A stretch of 46,629 nt of DNA. Source: Clostridia bacterium (GTDB taxonomy: Bacteria > Bacillota > Clostridia > Christensenellales > CAG-1252). Made by a program: the position numbers and the translations under genes. Under the pieces are notes generated by a model. It did no database searches, had not been told where the DNA came from, and was given only the letters and a program-made list of their open reading frames with translations. Shown here one piece after another: positions 27,353 to 34,686 of this stretch. The DNA lies in the NCBI GenBank assembly GCA_017455605.1, contig JAFSZO010000042.1, positions 1-46,629 of the forward strand. Direction: 5' to 3'. Position 1 is the stretch's first letter; each line of letters begins with the position of its first letter.

Positions 27353-27392
27353 GTTACATATTGTAACTTTTTATAGTGTAACAAAATGTTAC
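27353..27392. promoter_or_regulatory. Two 15-bp palindromes (candidate operators) between divergent genes
   Basis: GTTACAtatTGTAAC (27353-27367) and GTAACAaaaTGTTAC (27378-27392). Confidence 0.5.
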
Positions 27393-27413
27393 TATTTTGT
27401 CAAGAGGGTTTTT

Positions 27414-27632
27414 ATGAAAATGATCGGACTGCGTTTAATCCGAAAGAAGAAGAGGCTCAGCCAATTAAAGGTGGCGATGGATCTTGCGATCAGTCGAGAG
27501 GCTCTTTCCCATTACGAGACCGGGAAACGCAGTCCGGATATCAATTTGCTTTCTCGCTTCTCCGAATACTTTGACGTTTCCATCGACTATTTGATTAAAG
27601 GCGAAGAGTTCAAGCCGAAAAATCACAGATGA
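27414..27632 (+). CDS. XRE-family helix-turn-helix transcriptional regulator (72 aa)
   Basis: LSQLKVAMDLAISREALSHYETGKRSPDINLL. ATG 27414 follows AGAGGG. The ORF-track start 27351 lies inside the operators. Confidence 0.75.
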   Translation: MKMIGLRLIRKKKRLSQLKVAMDLAISREALSHYETGKRSPDINLLSRFSEYFDVSIDYLIKGEEFKPKNHR

Positions 27633-27644
27633 ACTCATGATCAT

Positions 27645-27676
27645 AAAAAAAGATGCGAGAACTTTCGCATCTTTTT
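27645..27676. terminator. Bidirectional terminator between the XRE gene and gltX
   Basis: AAGATGCGA (27650-27658) / TCGCATCTT (27665-27673), flanked by an A-run and a T-run. Confidence 0.8.
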
Positions 27677-27702
27677 ATAACTGATTTCTTTTATAGTGCT
27701 TT

Positions 27703-29130
27703 TTATTTACTCAACAGGTCGATCGAAAACTTCAAGCGGCGGATGCATTCCTCCTTGCCGAGGAGAGCCGCCATTTCAGTGGCGCCGCCGGGGGTGGATG
27801 CCCTGCCCGTGATCGCGATGCGGAAGGACCACAACATCTGTCCCTTCTTGAGCCCTGCCTGCTCCGCCGCCGCGACGAGCAGATCGTGCAGCACCGTCAT
27901 ATCCCACGCGCCCATTTCCTCCACGGCGGGCAGCGCGGCTTCGAGTGCGGTCAAAGCGACCGAGGCGTCGGTCTTCATCTTTTGATGGTCAAACAGCGCG
28001 AGATCGTAGGCGCCGAACTCCTCCAAAAAGTCCACGAGGGACGGGATCTCCGAAAGGATCTCCACGCGGGGGATCAGGAGGGGCGCGAGCAGATTGTAGT
28101 CGTACTTGCCGCCCACCTTGGAGTTGTCGAGGAAAGGGCGCGCCGCCGCGAGGAACTCCTCGACGGACATATTCTTGATGTAGCTCGCATTGAGCCAACG
28201 CAGTTTCGCCTCGTCAAAGATCGCGGGCGAGATGCACACGCCCTCCACCGAGAACAGGCGGATGAGGTCGTCCATCGACAACATCTCTTCGTTGTTCTTC
28301 GGGCTCCAGCCGAGCAGCGCGATGTAATTCACGATCGCCTTGGGGAGATAGCCCTTCTTCACGAAGTCGTCAAAGTTGGCGTCGCCGTAGCGCTTGCTGA
28401 GCTTCCGCTCCTTGTCCTTCATAATGGGGGGCAGATGGATGTACTGCGGACGCTCCCATCCGAACGCGTCGTAGATCAGGTTGTACTTCGGCGTGCTGGA
28501 CAGATACTCGTTGCCGCGGATCACGTGGGTGATGCCCATCAAATGGTCGTCCACGACGTTCGCGAAGTTGTAGGTCGGCATCCCGTCGCTCTTCAAAAGG
28601 ACCGCGTCCTCCATATCCTTGTAGGCGACCGAGATCTCGCCGTAGACGAGGTCGGTGTAGGTGCTGACGCCGTCGGTCTCGGGGATGTTCTGCCTGACGA
28701 CGTAGCTGTCGCCGCGCGCGAGGCGCTCCGCGACTTCCTCCTTGGAGAGGCGCAGGCAACGCTTGTCGTACTTCTCGGTGCCGCCGTCCTTCATCTCGCG
28801 CCCTTTGCAGAAGCAATAGTAGGCACCGCCCTTGGCGATCAGCTCCTCCGCGTATTTCTTGTAGATCTCCTTGCGTTCGCTCTGAACGTAGGAATAGTTT
28901 CCCGCCTCTTTGCCGGGGCCCTCGTCGTAGTCGATGCCCGCCTCCTTGAGCGTATTGAAGATCACGTCCACCGCGCCCTCGACGTAGCGACCTTGGTCTG
29001 TGTCCTCGATCCTGATGATGAACTTGCCGCCCGCGTTCTTCGCGAAAAGATAGGCGTAAAGCGCCGTGCGCAGGTTGCCGATGTGCATAAAGCCCGTGGG
29101 GCTGGGTGCGAATCTCGTTCTGACTTCCAT
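27703..29130 (-). CDS. gltX: Glutamyl-tRNA synthetase
   Basis: Class I motifs: HIGN in RFAPSPTGFMHIGNLRTA, and KLSKR. Confidence 0.93.
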   Translation of the reverse strand: MEVRTRFAPSPTGFMHIGNLRTALYAYLFAKNAGGKFIIRIEDTDQGRYVEGAVDVIFNTLKEAGIDYDEGPGKEAGNYSYVQSERKEIYKKYAEELIAKGGAYYCFCKGREMKDGGTEKYDKRCLRLSKEEVAERLARGDSYVVRQNIPETDGVSTYTDLVYGEISVAYKDMEDAVLLKSDGMPTYNFANVVDDHLMGITHVIRGNEYLSSTPKYNLIYDAFGWERPQYIHLPPIMKDKERKLSKRYGDANFDDFVKKGYLPKAIVNYIALLGWSPKNNEEMLSMDDLIRLFSVEGVCISPAIFDEAKLRWLNASYIKNMSVEEFLAAARPFLDNSKVGGKYDYNLLAPLLIPRVEILSEIPSLVDFLEEFGAYDLALFDHQKMKTDASVALTALEAALPAVEEMGAWDMTVLHDLLVAAAEQAGLKKGQMLWSFRIAITGRASTPGGATEMAALLGKEECIRRLKFSIDLLSK

Positions 29131-29153
29131 ACTGTAACCTCCGATTCCTTTTC

Positions 29154-29182
29154 AGTATATCCCAAAGCCGTTTGCTTGGCAA
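29154..29182 (-). promoter_or_regulatory. SigA-type promoter of gltX
   Basis: On the - strand: TTGCCA (29182-29177), 17 nt, TATACT (29159-29154). The leader is short, with no room for a T-box. Confidence 0.6.
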
Positions 29183-29222
29183 CTGTTTCCGCCCCACTCT
29201 TCCCACGGGACGCTTTCCCTTT

Positions 29223-29330
29223 TTATCATCGCCGCGAACTTTAGTATATCATCAAGGTGCTTACGCCTTGCCTATCGTCAAAGGCGAGACCGCCTTTGTA
29301 TATCATCACGGCTACGGCGTGTATCATTGT
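29223..29330 (-). repeat. Linker-hairpin array (GTATATCATC word family)
   Basis: TTATCATC, TAGTATATCATC, TTGTATATCATC and GTGTATCATTG alternate with short hairpins such as AAGGCG-AGA-CCGCCTT. The word is the reverse complement of the GATGATATAC words at 44336-44372. Confidence 0.7.
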
Positions 29331-29338
29331 TCGTCCGC

Positions 29339-29375
29339 AAAAAACGGACCTCGAGCGATCCCCAAGGTCCGTTTT
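29339..29375 (-). terminator. Terminator of the four-gene operon
   Basis: AAAAAACGGACC (29339-29350) / GGTCCGTTTT (29366-29375). On the - strand the stem is followed by UUUUUUG. It lies about 40 nt after the stop at 29417. Confidence 0.7.
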
Positions 29376-29416
29376 GTCCGTCTGTGAGCCGAAGCTGCCG
29401 CGCAAAGGGAGAGTCC

Positions 29417-30538
29417 TTACGGCTTGCGCTTTTTCTTCTTGGGATCCTGCTCCCCGTCGCCATTCGAGTCGCCGTTCGAGTCGTCCGCCGCCGCGTCCTC
29501 TGCGTCGAGCATTGCGGCGAGGTCGTTGTCCTCGGCGATGGCGGAAAAGTCATCGTCGAAATCACCGTCGAAGTCGCCGTCGTAGTCGTCGGCTTCCTCG
29601 CGATCGTCGTCCTCCTCTTCCGTTTCGGCATCCTTTTCCTCGTCGTCCTCATCGGCATTGTTTTGCGCCCGTATCCGTTCAAAGCGCTCCCACAGACGCT
29701 GACGCGCCGCTTTGAGTTCCTCGGCGGAACTTCCTTCGGACGGTTCTTCCGACTCCTCGTCTTCGTCATCCTCCTCGGCTCTCTCCCAAAAACGATCTCC
29801 GTCGAATTCGTCTTCCTCGTCTTCGTCCTCGGCATCAAGGTCGACGTCCTCGTCAAACTCAAACGGAAAGTCGTCGTCGGGGTCTTCTTGCGGCCCCTTA
29901 AAGTGCGCGTTTTCCCCTCCGTTCGTCCCTTTGAGTATTCTCTCGATGAGGTTATCGTCTGCCTCGGGTGCGCTCGGCGCGTCCTCTTCCTCCTTGCGGA
30001 GTCTGTCGACGAATTCCTCCGGAGTCAAGAACCCCTTGGTGTAGGAGCGAGATTGCCGGTCGACGGGTCCGGTCTCGGTCCTGCCGAGCACCGCCAGACA
30101 CTCCCGAGGCGAGAGTATGCACCGCCCGTCGGACGACAGGATCCCGAGGTTGCAGCATTTGTCCCGCAACGTATGAGCCTGTATGTACCCGATCCGAAGC
30201 AGGATCTGAAACTTGGAGATCCCGAAGGTCATATCGGGCGACCGAGAGAAACGGTCGATCATACTCGCGAGCCGCGGGTCTTCCGCCGCCGCCTCGGCGA
30301 TACGACGAAGGCGCTCCGTCATCACGACGGGCGCATTTTCGCGGGCTTGAGCCGACGCGGCGCCCTCGTTGATGCGGAAAGTCATCCCACCCACGTAGGT
30401 GACGACGCCTTTTTTGACCAATTCTTCCACCCCGGCCCTGACCGTCTTGTACGGCAAGGAAAGAGCCATCTGCAGTTCGGGAACGGTGATCTCTTTTCGC
30501 TCCGAGATTACGGAGAGGATCTGATCGCTCGCTTTCAT
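29417..30538 (-). CDS. Double winged-helix protein (second module FtsK-gamma-like) with a ~190-aa poly-acidic tail ending in a basic patch
   Basis: wHTH1 ITVPELQMALSLPYKTVRAGVEELVKKGVV. wHTH2 ISKFQILLRIGYIQAHTLRDKCCNLGIL resembles the FtsK gamma S.LQR.L.IGYNRAARL...G pattern. Tail: EDEDEEDEFDGD...DYDGDFDGDFDDDF...KKKKRKP. TAAATG junction with the upstream gene. Confidence 0.75.
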   Translation of the reverse strand: MKASDQILSVISERKEITVPELQMALSLPYKTVRAGVEELVKKGVVTYVGGMTFRINEGAASAQARENAPVVMTERLRRIAEAAAEDPRLASMIDRFSRSPDMTFGISKFQILLRIGYIQAHTLRDKCCNLGILSSDGRCILSPRECLAVLGRTETGPVDRQSRSYTKGFLTPEEFVDRLRKEEEDAPSAPEADDNLIERILKGTNGGENAHFKGPQEDPDDDFPFEFDEDVDLDAEDEDEEDEFDGDRFWERAEEDDEDEESEEPSEGSSAEELKAARQRLWERFERIRAQNNADEDDEEKDAETEEEDDDREEADDYDGDFDGDFDDDFSAIAEDNDLAAMLDAEDAAADDSNGDSNGDGEQDPKKKKRKP

Positions 30539-32209
30539 TTAATACACCTTCCTCAGTCTTTTCACGGTATAGAGATACTTGTCTGCGTAGGGATCGATAT
30601 TGCAGATATAGTCGCGCTCGTCCGCCTTGGGCAGAGAGTTCATCTCCTCGCAAAGGAAATACCGCTCCATTCTCGACGAGAGCACCGGTTTGTTGACCTC
30701 CCTGACGACGCATTCTCCCGCCGTGAGGAGCGCGAGACGGCTCCTCGTCACGAGGGGAATGGTCTCGGGCTGACGGGTGCGGATGTGCTCGTCCTCGCCG
30801 TTCAGGGCGCCCATCGGCGCGATGCGAGTGTGCGAGAGGCATTCGTTGGAGAACTCCGTCAAGGTGGAGTAGTCGTTCGAGCCGAAGAACACCTTCACGT
30901 TGAGGTTATCCCTCACGATCTTCGCCACTTTTCCTTCGTAGACGTTGTCCAGCTGCGCGTAGCTCTGCATCACGAGGATGAACCAGATGTTCCTGCCCGC
31001 GCAGGCGGAGATCACCGTGTCGAAGTCCTTGATGGCGGGGAAGTTGCCGAATTCGTCCAAGACGAAGTACCAGGGTACCTCGAGACGGTGATTCGGCAGC
31101 GTATTCGCCACCCCGATCAGGAAGGTGTAGAGCGACTGGATAAAGAGCTGGATCGTGTGATAGCTCAGCCTCAGCTCGTCACGGAAGTCGATGAAGATGG
31201 CGACCGGCTTGCCGCCGATCAGATCGGAAAACTCGAAGGAATTGCACGACGTGATCGTGCGGGTCGTCACCTCGCGGAAGGGCGCGAGCTTGGTGACGAG
31301 CGAGGTGTAGTAGCCGGCGCGGGTGTTCCGCGGCGTGGAGATCAGGATGTCGCGCGCCAGGATCAGCGCCTTGGAGTCATCCTTCCTGCCGGTAAAGAAG
31401 CCGTGGTCCTTCACCTCGTCGCTGCCTACGACGATGGAGTCCACGATCTTGATCAGCGTATTCATCGAGAAGTTGTCTTCGGTGATCGGATTGTCGTGGC
31501 GGTCGATGTCTTCGAGCATCCCGTAGATGAATGCCTCCAACAGCTGTCTGGCGCCGTCCTCCCAGCTGGGGTCCTTCACGGACAACGAGGGACAGACCAT
31601 CAGCGCGTAGGAGGAGATCATCTTTTCCACCTCGCCCATGCGGCGCGAACGGACCTCGTTCACCGCGCGATCCAGCTTGCCGAGGTCGGTGTAGACCCTG
31701 CCGAGGAATTCGTTTTTCACCCGTCCGTTGCTCTCGACGAGAACGACCTCGTCGAGGGTATCGCGGGCGCGGAGATAGGCGCGATAGATCTCGGTGAATT
31801 GGTTCCAGTACTCGCTGTGATCCTGATCGCGGAAATTGAGCAGTTTCACGTCGTAGCCCTCCTGCACCAAGGTCGCGGCGCACGCCTGATAGATCTCGCC
31901 TTTGGGGTCGCAGATCACCATGTTGCGCTTGATCTTTTGCAGCGCGTTGGAGAGCACGGTCGGGATGATGTAAGAGGTAGTCTTGCCCTGACGGGTCGCG
32001 GCGACCACGCCGACGTGGTTGTCCTGCTCCGAAAAGAACAGCTTGAGCCTGCCGTTCACACGGAAGCAACCCTTCAACACGCCGGGCATATACCTCGTGT
32101 GCAGTTCGTCCCAATAGACGCTCTGCGGATGATCCTCGGGCAGCTCGTCATAGCGCAGGAGCTGCATATTCTCGTATTCCGATAGGACTTTGTTCTCAAT
32201 TCTCATCAT
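30539..32209 (-). CDS. Soluble VirD4/TraG/TraD-type (type IV coupling protein-like) P-loop NTPase
   Basis: Walker A VVAATRQGKTTSYIIP, CDPKGE, Walker B WYFVLDEFGNFPAI, and RNIWFILVMQSYAQLDNVYG. No N-terminal TM helices. ATG 32209 lies 8 nt after GGAGGTGG. Confidence 0.8.
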   Translation of the reverse strand: MMRIENKVLSEYENMQLLRYDELPEDHPQSVYWDELHTRYMPGVLKGCFRVNGRLKLFFSEQDNHVGVVAATRQGKTTSYIIPTVLSNALQKIKRNMVICDPKGEIYQACAATLVQEGYDVKLLNFRDQDHSEYWNQFTEIYRAYLRARDTLDEVVLVESNGRVKNEFLGRVYTDLGKLDRAVNEVRSRRMGEVEKMISSYALMVCPSLSVKDPSWEDGARQLLEAFIYGMLEDIDRHDNPITEDNFSMNTLIKIVDSIVVGSDEVKDHGFFTGRKDDSKALILARDILISTPRNTRAGYYTSLVTKLAPFREVTTRTITSCNSFEFSDLIGGKPVAIFIDFRDELRLSYHTIQLFIQSLYTFLIGVANTLPNHRLEVPWYFVLDEFGNFPAIKDFDTVISACAGRNIWFILVMQSYAQLDNVYEGKVAKIVRDNLNVKVFFGSNDYSTLTEFSNECLSHTRIAPMGALNGEDEHIRTRQPETIPLVTRSRLALLTAGECVVREVNKPVLSSRMERYFLCEEMNSLPKADERDYICNIDPYADKYLYTVKRLRKVY

Positions 32210-33809
32210 AGTTACCACCTCCGAAACCGAACGTTTTCGTGCGCATACCTTTCATTTTCTCGCGCACCGCCGCAGCGGTGACGACCGTTTCCTTCCTCTT
32301 TGCGCGATAGGAACGAAGCGTTTTGTCGATGACTGCCTCCGCCACGTCGATGGGCAAGGTGGCGAGCAAGGTCGCCGCCTCCTCTTCGACGGACAGCTGA
32401 TCCAGCCCGAACGCCTTCTTGCGCTCGTCGAAGATCGCCCGGATCATCCGCGCGGTCTTTTGCTTGCCGAAGGGCGGCAGTTCCACGATCTCGCCATCCT
32501 CCGTGAGCTTCCGAGCGTTTTCACGATCGCAAATGCAGATCGGCAGCACCCCGGACAGGTCGATCGAGAGGCTCGGCGATTCGAGGTTGAAGTCCGCGCG
32601 CTTTTCCCCGCTGAGGAAATCGACTACTTCGTCGAAGGCATACTCCTCGATCTTGCCGTCGAGTACGAGCAAGATCACGTTGTTTTTGTCGCGGCTGAGA
32701 TCGCGCAGGAAAACGTTGTTTTTGGTGCGGACGAGGTCCCTCGACTTCAGCGCCTTGACGTCCACCGTGATGACCTTCGCATCCGCAAAGAGGTCACGCA
32801 GGAGCGAGACAGCCATATCCGAGGCGTAGTCCGAATCGCTCGAGAGTACGAGCGGAAGATACAGGGACTTGTCCCTGAGATCCGCGTTCATCAAGTTGGT
32901 CGTGAGCGGCTCGCGGATCTCGGAGAGATCTAAGGGAGCGCGATCGAGCGCCCGTTCGTCGAAGGGCAAGGTGCCGAATCGGAGTCCGAGCGGCAAGTCG
33001 CAGACCTCGGCGATCAAGGCGGGATTGCCCGCGTAAACGACCTTCTTTTTGTCCTCAAGGGAGATCGCGCGGCTGAAGACCACCCGACCGACGCTCGCGT
33101 CGTAGAGCAACGGATTGACCTTGCCGTGCGCGAGAGCGGTCTTCACCACGAGGACCTCGGGCGAGGGAGCCGAGAGGGAGACGCCGTAGCGCGCCGCCGC
33201 CTTTTTCGCCAGTTCCTCGTAGGGCGCGTGACTGAGGACGGCGGCGAGGATCCTCGCGTTCTCCGCCTTGTGCGCCTCGTCGTAATAGAGGAGCGCGAGC
33301 GCGCTCGTCAGATCGTTCCAACGGGCGGCTTTGGTCAGGTCTTCGAGACCCTTCTCCTTGCCTGCGCCGTAGCCGCTCACCCCTTCGCATTCGAGGATGC
33401 CGACGGTGCGGAGCGCGATGACGTTGCCGCGAAACGCCTGTTCGGTCAGCGCGAGAGCGATCTGCCCGTCGGTGGCGTCCGCCGCAATGTGCAGCTCGTA
33501 TTTCGCGACTGCCTTGAAGGCTTCGCCTTTGATCGTGACGAGGTCCTCGCTCTCCTTGTCTAAGAGCGAGGGATGTCCCTGCATCGCCTCGTACTCCTTG
33601 ATGCGCTTGTAGCGAGCATACTCCTCCAAGCTCAGGATCTCGGAGACGATCTCCTTGCGGGTGTCGGCGTAAAGGCGTCCGGTTTCTTCCGCGTCGATGC
33701 AGAAAAGATCTGCCAAGAGACAAAAGAACCTCTTGTCCTCAAAGGACCCGCCGAGGATCTCTTTGAGCGAGAAATATTCTCTGTAAAACAGTTCGTTAGT
33801 GATGTTCAT
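32196..33809 (-). CDS. Hypothetical protein: Sel1/TPR-like repeats plus a degenerate (P-loop-less) AAA+-like C-terminal half
   Basis: AFRGNVIALRTVGILECEGV...LTKAARWNDLTSALALLYYDEA is Sel1-like. The C-terminal half follows a CbbX/SpoVK-like order (LPLVLSS.., NVILLVLDG, VLPICICD, ELPPFGKQKTARMIRAIF) without a GxxxxGK[ST] P-loop. AGGAGG SD. Confidence 0.65.
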   Translation of the reverse strand: MNITNELFYREYFSLKEILGGSFEDKRFFCLLADLFCIDAEETGRLYADTRKEIVSEILSLEEYARYKRIKEYEAMQGHPSLLDKESEDLVTIKGEAFKAVAKYELHIAADATDGQIALALTEQAFRGNVIALRTVGILECEGVSGYGAGKEKGLEDLTKAARWNDLTSALALLYYDEAHKAENARILAAVLSHAPYEELAKKAAARYGVSLSAPSPEVLVVKTALAHGKVNPLLYDASVGRVVFSRAISLEDKKKVVYAGNPALIAEVCDLPLGLRFGTLPFDERALDRAPLDLSEIREPLTTNLMNADLRDKSLYLPLVLSSDSDYASDMAVSLLRDLFADAKVITVDVKALKSRDLVRTKNNVFLRDLSRDKNNVILLVLDGKIEEYAFDEVVDFLSGEKRADFNLESPSLSIDLSGVLPICICDRENARKLTEDGEIVELPPFGKQKTARMIRAIFDERKKAFGLDQLSVEEEAATLLATLPIDVAEAVIDKTLRSYRAKRKETVVTAAAVREKMKGMRTKTFGFGGGNYDEN

Positions 33810-33921
33810 ACCCGTTACCTCCTTTCGCCTTGTTTTCGGCTTTGATTACGACTCGGATGGAAGACGTTGTCCTGAGTGCGTTTGGGTGATCGTTCCGCTG
33901 AAAAACGTCGAATGTATCCAT
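33796..33921 (-). CDS. 41-aa leader ORF overlapping the start of the 537-aa gene
   Basis: MDTFDVFQRNDHPNALRTTSSIRVVIKAENKAKGGNGYEHH. AGGAGG lies 8 nt before the ATG at 33921. 14-nt overlap with the next gene. Too short for the ORF track. Confidence 0.4.
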   Translation of the reverse strand: MDTFDVFQRNDHPNALRTTSSIRVVIKAENKAKGGNGYEHH

Positions 33922-34134
33922 TTTCTTTTCCTCCTTCCGATCCTGTGATCGTGCGTAGTTGATTGGTGCGCCCCGTGAAGGGCTACCGGTGGTCCCGCCC
34001 TTACCTCTCCCTACGGAGGGGGAGTGGTTCGACCCGTTCGGGCGCGAAAATATACCCCCCTACGGGCGTTACCCTGCGAATATTCATAACCTGTTTTGGG
34101 GTCGGCGACGCTCAAGCGAGCGCGCCTCGGCGCC

Positions 34135-34686
34135 TTAAAGCTTGATGATGCTCGTCATCGGATTCACGAGATACAGTTCGTCCAAGCGGAAGAAGCTACC
34201 TTGCAAGCTCGCGTAGATCTCACCCGTCTCGCCCTGCACCGCGTAGATGATCTGTCCCACGACAAGCATCAGTCCGAGGAAGATCGCGAAAGCGAGCACC
34301 ATTCCGAGAGTCTTGTTGATCGCCTTCATCACGACGTTGTCCGCTTCCATCACGCTTTCGAGGATCTTCACGATGATCTTCCTCACGATCTGAACGATTC
34401 CGAAGAGAACGATAGCAAGCACGATGACGTCGATGCGGATCGTCAAGAGGAACTTGACGAACCCCGCGTCCGACGCTGCGAGCTTCTCTTTGAACAGATC
34501 GAGCAGGTTTTGAACGAACCCGAGGCTCAGAACGAATCCGAAGATCAGATAGCAGACCAAGACCGAGATCAAGATACCGCGAATGCCACTCGTCAACCAG
34601 CCCAAGAATTTGCCGAAGCCGACGGTCAGTCCCAAGATGCCGAAGATGATAGCCGCGCCGATAAAGATGTAATCAGCCAAAATCAT
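34135..34686 (-). CDS. cvpA: CvpA-family membrane protein
   Basis: MILADYIFIGAAIIFGILGLTVGFGKFL... with four hydrophobic helices, typical of colicin V production protein family topology. AGGAGGA SD before ATG 34686. Confidence 0.75.
   Translation of the reverse strand: MILADYIFIGAAIIFGILGLTVGFGKFLGWLTSGIRGILISVLVCYLIFGFVLSLGFVQNLLDLFKEKLAASDAGFVKFLLTIRIDVIVLAIVLFGIVQIVRKIIVKILESVMEADNVVMKAINKTLGMVLAFAIFLGLMLVVGQIIYAVQGETGEIYASLQGSFFRLDELYLVNPMTSIIKL

Noticed and set aside
29131-29416. T-box leader for gltX
   Set aside because: The predicted promoter is ~25 nt from the start codon. The upstream sequence is a linker-hairpin array plus the terminator of the preceding operon. No T-box AGAGA/specifier/T-box sequence was seen.
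29327-32185. 952-aa ORF on the + strand opposite the acidic protein and the coupling ATPase
   Set aside because: Shadow ORF in GC-rich DNA. The - strand products carry Walker A/B and wHTH motifs and SD sites, while the + strand product is low-complexity Arg/Val/Gly-rich.
33990-34060. tmRNA or tRNA-like start (GGGGGAGTGGTTCGACCCG)
   Set aside because: Only a superficial GGTTCGA resemblance. There is no complementary acceptor or T-stem and no tag reading frame, and the sequence would run antisense into cvpA.
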